From positions 4,836,001 to 4,900,000 of the forward strand of contig NC_043005.1 in the NCBI RefSeq assembly GCF_006345805.1: DNA of 64,000 nucleotides, given 5' to 3'. Numbering within the stretch: the first letter of the stretch is position 1; the number at the start of each line of letters is the position of its first letter. A program made the position numbers and the translations under genes. This document shows positions 1 through 12,879 of the stretch, one piece after another. The notes beneath the pieces are model-generated. The model did no database searches and was not told where the DNA came from. It saw only the letters and a list, made by a program, of their open reading frames with translations. Source of the stretch: Octopus sinensis (taxonomy: Eukaryota).

Positions 1-6
1 TACGAA

Positions 7-226
7 CCCATTAGCATTTAAACCAGCCACATCCAGCCAAAATATTGTACCTGTTTTATGTTCCAAGGGGTCAGATCTGGCCTCTCACACCTACCCTACA
101 ATGTCTTTCTAAAAGTAAGCAATCAAATCATCAAAATCTCACAGCTATGAATTAATGCAGGATTAATTCAAAACGACATAAATAAACGAGCATTATATTT
201 GACCAAGTGATCTGAATGTTAGAGGG
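7..226. mobile_element. piggyBac-like MITE remnant
   Basis: CCCATTAGCATT start and AATGTTAGAGGG|TTAA end; left TTAA is degenerate. Confidence 0.45.
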
Positions 227-2029
227 TTAAACACTGAACAATATTCCTTATCAAGGTTAGACTGTAGCAAGCAGCATTCACCTCAATAATAGCAGACAGA
301 TATCAAAATAATGATTGCAAATGTGTGTATCTTACAAAAGGAAAAATGTATTGTTTCTATGTAAGCCAGGCATTGACAGTTGGCAGATAACGAATCAGTG
401 ATTATGAATCACTGATTAGGAACAAATTGGCCTAAATATGGAATAACAGCAGAATGGAAACATTAACGCACGGTTGGAAATTTTGAACAAAGTTTTTAGT
501 TCAGATGGGGGAAATGTTCTTTTAATTCGTTTCAGTCATTAGACTGTGGCCATGCTGGGACATTCCTTCAAAGAACTTTAGTCAAACAAATCAACCCCAG
601 TACTACTTCTTTTTTTTTAAAGCCTGGTACATATTCTATTGGTCTCATTTGTCAAACAGCTAAGTTATAGGGACATAAACACACCAACAGCAGTTGTCAA
701 GTGGTGGTGGAGGACAAATACAGATGCTAAAACACAAATGTATAAATATAACGGGCTTCATTCAGTTTCCGTCTACCAAATCCACTAACAAGGCTGCTAT
801 AGAAGAAGGCACCTACCCAAGGTGCCACTCAGTCAGACTGAACCTGGAACCATGTGATTGGAAAGCAAGCTTCTTACCACTCAGCCATTCCTGCAACTGT
901 TACAGAATTGCACTAATAACATTACCCCCCCCCCCCAGATTGCAATCAAGTTGATATATAGGCTCAAGAGGAACGCCTTACTCAACGCATATTAGGACTC
1001 TTGCCGTAATAAGCATACAAAAACCTATCTAGCTTTAATTGTACAGGTCTGTACAAGTCGACTTCAAGAACTTCAAGCGGAAATATTTGCAACTTTTATC
1101 TTTTTTTTCTTTTTTTTTTATATATATATATTTCTCATTTTTCAATGAGTATTTCCTCCAAGTTCTTTTCATGTAGAAAATCTAAACAGTAAACAGAAGC
1201 AATGTTGATAAAATCTCTACAGAGTATTTATTGATTCATGAGGGTTATATACAATCTATCAGGAACTGAATTTTTTTTTAAATTATAAAAATAAAAATAT
1301 AAAAAAAAAAACATAAAATACTATTCCAACTCCTCTTCAAGCAGTTTGACAGGAAACAAGTTGGAAAACAAAAAAGAGAAAAAGAAGAAAAAAACACCGT
1401 AAGAGGGTTGCTGCTTAATCTAAGGCAGAACAACACAGTTTCTGACTGGAAAATTATTTTTTATTTTATCATTATTCTTATTTTCTGGTTTAATTAATGG
1501 CTCACAGGAGTTGGCTTGCTGACAAATTATTCAATAAACCATAATGTTTAAACTCCTAACTGTACTAATAATATATTAAACATAACTATTCAAACTGGTA
1601 CAATGAACCTCGCAAGCAAACAATATTCAGCTGTGAAGTGGTATAACTTATACACACACCATAGCTAACTCGTAAAAACAAACCATTTTGTACCGTCACT
1701 ATAATTTGGGTGTTATATATTCCTAGTCTATTTCCCAGACTGTGAGAAAGAAAAAGAAAACTTATGGATGGGCTTGCCTCTTCCCCACATCATCAGGATG
1801 AAGTTTTTGATGTCTGTCTTCCATGGATTAGCTGGTTTCACAGGATCTAACAAGTCAGAACACTGCATCATGTCCCAATGTCTGCTTTGACATCACCTCC
1901 ACAGCTGTATGTCCTCCCTAACACTAATCTCTTTACAGAAAGTACTGAGTGATTTTCTTTCTTCTTTGATTCCCCTCGTAACACCAGCACTAGGGAGGTC
2001 AAAAGACGATTAATAACTAAATACACACA

Positions 2030-2570
2030 TGTCATCATCATCGTTTAACGTCTGCTTTCCATGCTAGCATGGGAAGCCAGAAGGCTGCACCAGGCTCCAG
2101 TCTGATCAGGCAGGGTTTCTGCAGCTGAATGCCCTTCCTAACACCAACCACTCCGAGAGTGTAGTGGGTGCTTTTTACGTGCCACCAGCACAGGGGCCAG
2201 AGGAGGCTGGCAAACGGCCACAATCGGTTGCTGCTTTTACGTGTCACCGACACGGACGCCAGTCAGGTGGCGCTGGCATCTGCCACGTTCGGATGGTGCT
2301 TTTAATGTGTCACTGACACGGACGCCAGTCAGGTGGCGCTGGCATCTGCCACGTTCGGATGGTGCTTTTAATGTGTCACTGACACGGACGCCAGTCAGGT
2401 GGCGCTGGCATCTGCCACGTTCGGATGGTGCTTTTAATGTGTCACCGACACGGACGCCAGTCAGGTGGCGCTGGCATCTGCCACGTTCGGATGGTGCTTT
2501 TAATGTGTCACCGGCACGGGTATCTTAACTACAATTTCCATTTGATTTTCATTTTGATGTTGGTGTTAAC
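2030..2570 (-). mobile_element. RTE-tail repeat copy containing a 4 x 66-bp tandem array (2241-2504)
   Basis: Same 3' end as 17510-18320, with (GAT)n tail at about 2033. Unit GTGTCAC(C/T)GACACGGACGCCAGTCAGGTGGCGCTGGCATCTGCCACGTTCGGATGGTGCTTTTAAT is repeated four times. Confidence 0.85.
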
Positions 2571-5500
2571 GTACCTGACTCAATAGGTCTCCATTATCAT
2601 TTATTACATTACATTATTCATTTCATAATCCATCATCTTTTCCTTCGCATTTCAGGTATACTGAAGACCCCTTTTTGCCATTGCTTCAATCTATGTAAAT
2701 AAAGTGTGGGTGAAAGCAAAGAGTTGTCAGACTTATTTAGTAACCATCGGGCTCAAGCTACTTCAGACTTCACCAGTCGAACATATGTTATATCCCAGAT
2801 TATGATCCCTACATAAGAGTGAGTCTGGTCTTTAAGTACAAAACATGCCTTTACTAAAATGCCATTCTCACAGTAAGATGGAGCAAATAATTTTCCACTG
2901 TAAATCACAGAAAACATTTTCATTGTTGTTTTAATTAGCCTTCAATAACTGGCATGGAATATCAAATCTGTTCAAACTAATCATCTCCAATATTTCTTTT
3001 AATAAACAGCTACCATCAATGCAACCATCTTAATCATTCCTGCGCCCAGACCAAAGTAATTGTTCATGTGGTGTTACGTTTATTTCTCAACCACAACGTT
3101 TTGGGTTCAGTCCCACTGTGCAACATCTTGGGCAAGTGTCTTCTACCATAGCCCTGGATTTGGTCGACAGAAAACGAAAGGAACCTGTTGTGTGTGTGTG
3201 TGTGCTTGTACCTCCTCCTCATCACAGCAAGTGGTAGCTGTAAACAAGCACCACTGTCATAGTGGTATCTTTTGAGACATGCCTGGTGAGGGGGAAATAT
3301 TACCTGTTTTGGTAACAAGTAAGGGTTGGTGAGAGGAAGGTCGTCTGGCCATCCCTCACCTATTTCCAAGCAAGGTAATATTCCCTCCTGGTCAGACAGG
3401 TCTTTCATGGAAGATTGTATGATGGTGATGCTCGTTTACATCCATCACATAATGTGAAGAGAGGGAGACATAATGCACACACAAACAGGATGTGCTTCTT
3501 TCAGTTTCTATCAACCAAATCTACCCACAAGACTTTGGTCAGCCCAGGGTTAGAGAAGACGACACTTGTTGAAGGGTTCACACAGTGGAACTGAATTCAA
3601 AACCACATGGTTGGAAAGCAAACTTACCCACACACCCATATCTGAGTCAGTAAAACAATGATTAATGCAAAAAAAAAAATCTTGGGAAGATAGAAGAGCA
3701 ATTTTAAGACTTGCATCAACCAAACAGAAGACATGAGAGAAGGAGATAGGTGTGGTGGCCTAATCTACTAATCTCCCTCAAATCACAGCCAACAGTCTTA
3801 AAAATAGAAAGACACTGGATAATATGATCCCAGAAACGCTAAAGACAGAATGGAACAGTTTGGATCAACAAATGCATGTAATGTGTTGTTGTTTTGCACA
3901 GTGCTTAAGATTCAAATATATACCCTTTCTGTGAATGCCAATATTTTTCTGTATAATGTTCGTGCATATATGCATGTATGTATAATGCATATATATATAT
4001 ATCATCATCACTGTTGTTGTTTAACGTCCACCTTCCATGCTGGCACGGGTTGGACAGTTTGACAGGACCTGGCTAGGCTAGAGCCCGCACTAGACTTTTG
4101 TGTCTGTTTTGTCATGGTTTTTACAGCTGGATGCCCTTCCTAAAGCCAACCACCCGGCAGCATGGGCAGAGTGCATTTTACATGGAACAAGCACAGGCTA
4201 AGTTAGTTTTAGCATGGTTTTTACAACTGAAGGTCCTTCCAAACATCAACCACTTTACAGTGCGGACTGGATGCTTATTGTGTGGCACCAAACATGAGCA
4301 GGGTCACCAAGTAACTTGCAAGACAAAGATCCTCCATTGGAGGAGGGGATCTTGTGTGAGATGACGAAAAATGAAAGGTCTGAGTATGACAGAGAGGCAG
4401 AAAAGCAGAAACAGGTGTCTTGCTGTAGAGGAGGTGCATGGTTACCTGGTTAGAGAGAGAGAGAGGGAAACAGCTAGGGTGTAGGAGAGATGGTGGTGTA
4501 GTGCCAGAGCATACTCACAGGAATGGGAATCAGAATATGAGATGGTAGGGTAAAGGGAGAGAGAGAGCTAGATGGTGGCAAGCACGGGGTTCATAATATA
4601 AGTGGCAGGGTACTGCCAAAGAAGCAGAATGGCCAAGAGTAATGCAGTGGTTGGTGAAAACCTGGGTATATAGAAGGGGTATACACTGATATGTAATTTA
4701 TACACAAAAATATATCCATAGTTACAGTCGGTCATGGTTGGGAATCCAACAGGAAAGTGTAATGACAGTTGCTTTTGATAGGACCCTGTGGAGGAGGGGT
4801 CCGAGGACTCCCTACCTATGGCCCTCCCAGGAATAATAGTTGGAGAAAAAGGAGGGATGGATGGATTCCACACACAGCAGATGACAAGAAAACTTGTCTG
4901 TTTTATATGTGCAACACTGAGATTTATTCAAAGATGAAAAGACAAACGAAATTTGTTTAAAGCAGATCTGTAATATGAGGGACCAGTAACAGAGAAGAGG
5001 AAAGATTCCATCACACAGTTTATTAGCACAAAATGTTTCAGAGATGAGACATTTGTTGAGGTTTCAAGAACTAAACAACAGGATTAATCCTTGTTATATA
5101 TTGGTTGAAATGCACTCTGCCTGTTTCAATAATTTTGAAAATAATGAAGAATTTTGTAAAACAATTGTCATTAATAAGTAGGTGTTTAGAACATAAATTA
5201 ACGAGGAAAAAACAGGAAGTTTTATACTGTAGAACCAAGGATGTTCTCTGGGAGAGTGGTATCAAAAACGATGTAACTTAAGCTTGTCAACAATGACAAA
5301 GATGTAATATTCTTTTCTACTTAAGGCACAAGATCCAAAATTTTTGGGGAGGGGCCAGTTGATTAGATCGACCCCAGTACGCAACTGGTATTTAATTTAT
5401 CAACCCCAAAAGGATGAAAGGCAAAGTCGACGTCGTGGGGATTTGAACTCAGAACATAAAGACAGACAAAATACCTCTGAGCGTTTCACCCAGCGTGCTT

Positions 5501-7559
5501 GAGTGATGACATTGTAAGCAAACTATGATCAGGAGGAGGGGAAAGTGTGTGTGTTAAGACTTCAAGATGAACAAGTTCATAGTAAAAAGGCTCAAAACTA
5601 CACACTGAAGGAAGTACCAAGTGTTTGAATTGAACTGATTTTACCTACTCTTGAAAACAGACAGCAAACCTGGCCTCAGTGAGATTGATGCGCTATTGAT
5701 TCATAATTTAGAAGAGGCAAAAAAAAGCCCCCTGATTTCCATCATTATCATCCTTTTAATGCCTACTTTTTCATGCTTGCAAGGGTTAGAAAGAGTTCGT
5801 TGAGACGGAGATTGTCTACAGCTGAATGCTCGTCCTGTCTCCAACACAAACTGGTTTCCAAGGAAGGTAATAATCGCTCAGCTTATTGAGACAACAGCCC
5901 AGACATGTTTTATGCAGGGAGTTGGAAACCACAGCACTTAGGGAGCCTTTTATTTTCAAAGACCATACAACATATTAAGAAATGTCAGGAAGCCTGGCTG
6001 GTTATCCTTTTGTGGTTGGACTGCAAGTCAATGACACTGATAAGAGGTCATTGCTTACAAACCAATGACCACAAAGGAACATGCACACACACACACACAA
6101 CACTGAGATGCCTGGTGGTGGTTCAATGTGCTCAAGACGACACCATCCACCCTGGCAAAGATGAGGTCCTAAAAGCATATTGTTTAGCCTATACTCTTTC
6201 AACCCATCTTCACAACACCCATGCCTTCATCACTTTTCTAACTACTGCACTATCAGCTGCTGTAACACAAAAGCAGAGATGCACATATTCCATCCTGCAC
6301 ACTTTTGCGCCACCTCTCGATGCTACTCACCCAGCGTACTCAATATCATCCCATATAGTCAGAATTTAAAGCAGAAGACCAAAATGCTATCCAGTTCTGA
6401 GCAGTCCAGTGTGGCACTGACAACCTCCCATACCATTGAAATTTGTTGAGCTTGTGTCTAATCCAGAAATCATTATTGTTGTTGTTGTTATTGTGGTGAC
6501 CTGGCAGAATCGTTAGCATGCAGGGCAAAATGCTCGGCAGCATTTCATTCGCGTTTACATTCTGAGTTCAGAGGTTGACTTATCCTTTCAGGTTCGACAA
6601 AATTAGTACCAGTTAGACACTGGGATCGATGTAATCCTCCCCCTAAATTGCTGGTCTTGTGCCAAAATTCGAAACCATTATTATTAATAATAATAATAAT
6701 GATGATGATTATGAGGCGAGTAGGTAGAATCCTTAGAGCGTCGAAAGAAATGTCTAGTAGCATTTCTTCCATTCTACGTTCAAATTACAGCGAGGCCATC
6801 CTTGAAGGGTCGATAGAAAAGTACTAGTCAAGTACTGGGGGGGGGGTCGATATAATCGACTACACCTGCCCAATTGCTGGCCTCGTGCCAAAATATGAAG
6901 CCATTATTACTATTATTATTATGACTCATACAAAAGACATTTTCGAAGGTTTATTATTATTATTTTTCATATCGAAAACAAAATTACAGGCATTAAACGA
7001 GACTTGTTAACCGAAACTGCTACAACCGCAAAAGTGTAAAACCGTTTTTAGCATACACGAAAAAGAAAGAAAGAAAAAAAACAGGTTTAAAAGGATAGAA
7101 CAGTTACAAAAGGTCAATCTTGTTATTTTCAAATGTAAGTACAAAGTAGAGCAAGCGACTTTATTTAGCTTTCTAACTGCATTATCATTATAGAATAGAT
7201 GGAATATTATTAATTAGCAAACGCCATTTAGCATTTTGACTTTTTGGAAGTTGTTGGGATGGGTTTTATAAAATCAGAAGAACCTAACCAATACCAGAAC
7301 CACGTTTGGTCGGGGAATGACTAATATGAATTATTATTAGGTGCGGAGGAGAAGAAGAAAAAGGAAATTGCCGTTGATTCTGGCATAAAACGAGGAAAGG
7401 GTGGCAGTCGGGTGGGCAAATATAAAGAGGAAAAAACAGATTAGTTTAATCAACTGACAGATAACATTCAAACTTTTAAGTCTCTAAACACCTTTTCTCT
7501 AAATACTTGGCTGCTATTTCGCTTCTATTATTATTATTATTATTATTATTATTTATTCG

Positions 7560-8310
7560 CAGAAACACCAGAGCGTCGAGGAGGGAAAATGCCTTGCGGT
7601 AATTTGTTCCGGCTTTTTAATATTCTATGTTCAACTCCCGCCGAGGTCAACTTTGCAGTTCAGCTCTCTGGGGTCAATAAAATAAAGGACCGTGCAAATA
7701 CTGGGGGGGGGGTGATGTAATCGACTTACCCCACCCCTCAAAATAGGTGGTCTTGTACCAAAATTAGAATTTTAAAAACATTATGAAGAGGTAGACAGAC
7801 TGGCAAAATCGTCAAAGGAGCGAGGCAAAAATGCCTTGCGGTATTTTGTTCCAACCCTTTACGTCGTCAGTTCAAAAACCATTAACATCGACTTTGCCTT
7901 TCATCCTTTCGAAGTCGACAAAATAAAGTACCAGTCATATATACTGGAGTCGATATGGCATCGACTAGACTCCCTTCCTTCAAAATTGCTCTATCAAAAT
8001 TTGAAAATTATTATTAATATTATTCGTTATATCATCGGAGTAAATCATAGAGGCAATTCTTCTGACACTCCGAGTTCTGAGTGTTGGTAAAATAAAAATA
8101 CCAGCTAAGCACTGGGGGCGATGGCACCGACGAGCCCCTCTTCTGAAAATTGCTAGCCTTGTGTCTAAACTAGAGACATTATCATCAAAAAAAGGCGGCT
8201 TAATTGACAAAACCGTTAGAGCGTCAGCTACGGAATACCATGAGGGTATTTGTTCCGGCTTTTTACGTCCTGGGTGGGTCCCAAATTCCGCCCAGGTCAA
8301 CTTTGCCATA
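7560..8310 (+). repeat. Head-to-tail array of about 4 diverged family-B SINE copies
   Basis: Repeating unit AAATGC..GCGGTATTT...GTTC....CCG..GAGGTCAACTTTGC...ATAAAATAAAGTACC...CTGGGG..GAT...CGAC; units are mostly separated by ATT-rich tails. Confidence 0.7.
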
Positions 8311-8946
8311 TATTCTTGTCGATAAAATAAAATAGTAATGAGTAATAGGTTAGTGTCTATAAGTATGGGGGCTGACTGCTCTCTCTCCCCTCAAAATCAA
8401 AAACCATTAATAATTCACCAATGACAATTCGTTGGTGAATTTGAAAAGAGAACATGAAACGGACAAGCAACCAGTAAAAACTGTTACAGATTAGTAATAA
8501 CAAGATACGCAATGGTAAATTGTTAACATTGCAAGGATTAGTAATATTGTTTCAATACGCATCCCCGGATTCAGATTAATCCTCTGAAATCAAAATATAT
8601 AATTAATTAAAAATTAAATACATTTATCTGCAGTAAATCGGGGTTTTTTAAAATGTATTTTTTCTTCTTCTTTCTTTTAGCTTCCAGAAAGGTAAACAAT
8701 TCGAGAAATAAAATGAAATGTGTACAGAAATAACTCAATTCTGGTTAAGATAATAATTATAGACAATTAATTACGTAATGTTGGAATATTTATTTAGAAA
8801 TGGGGTTACTGTGGACATCATGAGTGGAAATGTAGTTATTGTTAAGTGTGAAACAGCTCCGTTTGATAGCGAGGAGGGGATGGCATGGGTGGAGTCATGA
8901 AACGTAACGTTTGAATGACTGATTCAAATAACTATACAATCAGAAA

Positions 8947-8990
8947 ATGAATTATGTATATATATATAGAGAGAGATATATACGTACATT

Positions 8991-9043
<53 letters not shown>

Positions 9044-9150
9044 GCATATATCACATATACAAGCATATATATATGTACATGCTTACATATGTATGTGTGT
9101 GTGTATTAATACATACATATACACGCACGCAAACCTATACACACACATAA
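8947..9150. repeat. (TA)n/(CA)n microsatellite cluster
   Basis: Alternating dinucleotide runs; similar tracts at about 11965-12015, 33420-33530, 39667-39750, 39975-40085. Confidence 0.9.
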
Positions 9151-10512
9151 GATACGTTGTGTGGATTTTAAAAAATCAATCAAGATTTTTTATTCTCTTT
9201 CTGATATGACTTATTCTTGGTGAATAGTGAAGGGACGAGGAGAACACACGCCCAGGTAAATGCCATAGAAACTCGGGATGAATCGGGGGTTATGTCTACC
9301 TCAATGTCTACAGGTGTTGCTGGTTTTCGGGGGGACACTGTTGATACAGACTTCCGGCTTGAAATCCTCACTCCATGCCAGACACCCTAAACCTAACTGG
9401 AATGGTAAAGGAAGATGAAAACCATGATAATATCCGAGACTTAACAACCTGATAACGGATATAAAATTCTCCTCTCTCAAATTAATCTCCCCGCCAACAG
9501 GATCGGGTAAATATGTCTGCGAGAAAGAAACACATGTGTGATATCTAGTCAGTGCGACTGATAGGGGGGAAAACTTAATTAAGCAGCTGTGTATTATATT
9601 ATTATCGCTTTCTCCCCTCCCGAAACAGGAGGAACGGAACGGAAACCCGATTCTAGTTAGTGGGGAAACAATATCTGTCGACTGTTATTTAGGGAGATTT
9701 CATAAGGTCCCGAACAAGATCAAGTTACCTACAGACAATAGAGTTCATTATATACGCACACGCAAAGTGTGTTCATTTATCTTTTCACATTTGGAAGGTT
9801 CTACAACACGAAACCGTTCCGTAACGTGAATAAACTGTTATGAAACTAAAACTAACTCCATTTACAATATACTATATTATACACATATTATATGTATGTA
9901 TATATATATATATATATAACAAATCTGTCAACATTGTTAAAATCCATTTCTAACAATGAATACTTTAGTAGAAAATAAACTTTATCTGAAAACGTATGTG
10001 TAATGCTGTTAATTTTTTAATAATTGATCCGATTCTAATTAGTGTTAATTTTTTTCTAGATTGTCCAGTTATAGAAAACAAAGAATGCAACATGAAGGGG
10101 GGGGAGAATGATAAAAAGAGAGAGGGGGGAAGACGGGGTGAGAAAGAAACTGTGAACAGAGAAAGCTTTCCAAAGTTGAGAAGAAAGTTTTATGTTCTCG
10201 TGTTGGGAGAGAACATGAATTTAGACAAGAAAAGCGATCGAGTTTAATGTTGGTGAGTGTATCCTAGCAACCTTATTGCCAGCTATGGCATAGAGAACCA
10301 AAAAGAAAGGAAAAAAATGAATAAATTGCGGGACAGAGTCTAAATGGGGAAAAGAAAGCATCCGTAATGCGATCAAATTTAGGATGTTAGAGGCCTTTCC
10401 TGGCAAGAAGGAACAAAATGCAATGGATTTAATAACAGAAAAGAGATGAAGGGAGTCGAGAAACAAGAGTTAAGATGGATTCAAGCAATTGAATGAAAGA
10501 GAAAATACTTGC

Positions 10513-10567
10513 CATCAGTTCGTTGAATATCAACGTTCAGGCCGACGGAGATGCGGCCGAATTCCAT
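10513..10567 (-). CDS. KIF2A: Kinesin-13 (KIF2A/MCAK/Klp10A-like), first coding exon only; downstream exons lie left of the window
   Basis: Reverse strand reads ATG GAA TTC GGC CGC ATC TCC GTC GGC CTG AAC GTT GAT ATT CAA CGA ACT GAT G = MEFGRISVGLNVDIQRTD(G). This matches the kinesin-13 N-terminus (KIF2A FGKIQIGIYVEIKRSDG; Klp10A ITVGQSVKIKRTDG, recalled). It is followed by G|GCAAGT, a GC-type donor. No exon 2 (RIH...EW...KGKE) was found in 1-10512. KIF2A versus KIF2C orthology cannot be resolved from 18 codons. Confidence 0.75.
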
Positions 10568-10849
10568 GGTAGAAGTGTAAGGAGATTCTTTCTCTCAATT
10601 TATAACCCTTTTCCTTCGCAATTGCTCTTGTTTTAATACAATGTTGTTGTTGTTTTTTTTTTTAAATGGTGTATGTATAAATATAAATGTTTGTTTCTCT
10701 GTATATATGAGTGTGTGTGTGTCTGTGTGTGGTTGTGTCTGAGAAGTGTAGTATTATTGAGTTGTTCGCAGAAAAAAAAAAAGGTATCACATTTGTTCTG
10801 ATGGAAGCCTTTAAAGTACAGCAGGCGTCAGAATAACGACAGAAGAACA

Positions 10850-11260
10850 GTGAAGGCGGCTTTCTTTCTCGTTCCTTAGAGAAGTGAGTGGAGGAGACGG
10901 AAAGACAGAGGCGAAGCTAAATAATAAATGTCAACCCAAAGCTTTGAGTGTAATTAATTAACTAACAAAAAAAAAAAAGAAAGAAAAGGCAACATATATG
11001 GTGTTGCGCCAACAAAATTGGCCCACCAAATCTTGACCATGGGCAAATCGTTAACCAGCGCCTATTGCGTGCCTGCTCGTCTCGGCTCAGACCATAAAAT
11101 CAACAAAGATATTCCAAAGCCCTTCTTCGACGAACGGCAGTGGCGGCCGTTAGCGAATTTCAAACTTGTCATGCGCTTGCGCAACTTCCGCTTGGACGGC
11201 CGTCGTCTCTTTCACTGCAGCTTAGTAACTACACCAAACATGGCATCACGTGGCTAATAA
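10850..11260 (-). promoter_or_regulatory. CpG-rich promoter region of the kinesin-13 gene
   Basis: CpG-retaining unique sequence upstream of the exon, with CACGTG (11247-11252), ETS-like CGGAAG (11190-11185), NRF1-like TGCGCAAGCGCAT (11171-11183) and CHR-like TTTGAA (11164-11159). Confidence 0.5.
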
Positions 11261-11959
11261 CGCACCTGCTCAACTAATTGCTGCTTGATTTCTCCGTCAT
11301 TCGTCTATTGTTTAGCTCCAAATCATCCCTGATTGAGCAGATCAAAGGTGTTCTAACAGCCATGGCTATCTCCTCGTAGTTTTCTATATCTATGACAACA
11401 CTATCAGTTCTGTCCTTTTTTTTTTTTTTTCAAAAAAACTGTCAGGGTGTGATTTGGCAGTTCTTTCAGATTTCGGGCAACCATGTATAGGCTCCCTTCG
11501 TTTATTCATTCATGTACTGTTTATCCCCTTATTAAGAAGTTCAAAAACGTTCTAACAGCCATGACCATTTCATAATTTTAAATGTCAATTACATCTCTCT
11601 CTCTCTCCCTTTTATTAAGAACTTTGAGGGTGTGATTTAGCAACTATTTCTCACATCTAAGACAACCATGTATAAGGTCCGTCTTGCTTGCTCATTCATA
11701 TGGAGTTTGTCAATGATTACCTCAGCATCAAATTTGGTTTCTAATTTATTTAGTTATATATGTATTTGTTTATTTTGCTGTGGTTGCTTGCTCTGGTCGC
11801 GTATAATTTGGTGTGCACAGGTAAAAAAGGAAAAAAATATTGTGTTTCGGGATGGTCATTTTTTTTCTTTCAGCAATACTTATTTGCTGATAGCTTATTG
11901 ATTTATTACTATTATTTTGAATCTTCATCGAAGATCTATGTGAACTTCCAGAGAATTTG

Positions 11960-11998
<39 letters not shown>

Positions 11999-12879
11999 GA
12001 GAGAGAGAGAGAGAGAAAGATCGAGAATATCATACATTTTGGCGTTATTTAGCTCTATAGCAGCTTTAATTGGACTGTCATTAAAAGATTTCTTATTTAT
12101 AGTGTATCTAGAAATATATATCCAACTGTCTTCCCTTTGTAAAGACGCTACGATGGTGGTGGTGGTGTTGGAGACAATGTGGCTGCTATTTCTAGCAAAC
12201 CGAGCGACTGCGTTGATATTCCCTCGTTTTTTGTAACTTTTCAAACTGATGAACAGTTACTGTTCACAAACCATCCCATTCAGCTTGCATGTAACATAAA
12301 TATACTCAGTAACTCGTTATATATACACACCTTTTATTAATTTGAAGCTGGAGCTTCACTCCAAATTTCTCTTCTCTCTCTCTCTCTCTCTCTTACACAC
12401 ACACATGAGCGAACAAATGAAAGAATATAGCTTTGAACACGTTTGGCAGGAGTTCCATATTTCAATAACAGTTTGACTCAACTCCACATGACTTAAACTT
12501 TCGTGTGTGTATGAATGAGTGTATATATGTGTGTGTGTGTTACTTTTTGCAATGTTATCTATCGAAGTGTACGATTTTGAATTCACCTGTGACATTCCTG
12601 CCAGTGACATGCTAACTTACCCCCAGGCCTTCCCCTTAACTACCATTAGGGTAGGAGTTAAGGTAGGAAAAATACTGAGTAGGAGACGTCAACCAACTTA
12701 GCTCAGGCATAAGTGCTCGCCTTGCTAGAAATAGCAACCACACCTCCCTTAAATCACAACCTACAGACGAAAAAAAAAGGAAAGACTTTAGATAGTGTGA
12801 TCCTAACAGGACATGATGGTCACAGTTGGACTACTTTAAATCTGCTTAATCAGGGCCGACTTGGGAGCTAAATAAGTTT

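Noticed and set aside
393-417. Perfect 11-bp hairpin AATCAGTGATT-ATG-AATCACTGATT
   Set aside because: Too short and isolated; no terminator or ncRNA context, probably a repeat remnant.
2241-2528. Repetitive 95-aa ORF or CRISPR-like array
   Set aside because: Units are contiguous with no unique spacers and belong to a retroelement 3'UTR; the ORF is a by-product of a 66-bp unit without stops.
9180-9371. 63-aa ORF or a MAFTWACVLL... micropeptide
   Set aside because: GTG start, no homology recognised, no matching splice phase with the kinesin exon.
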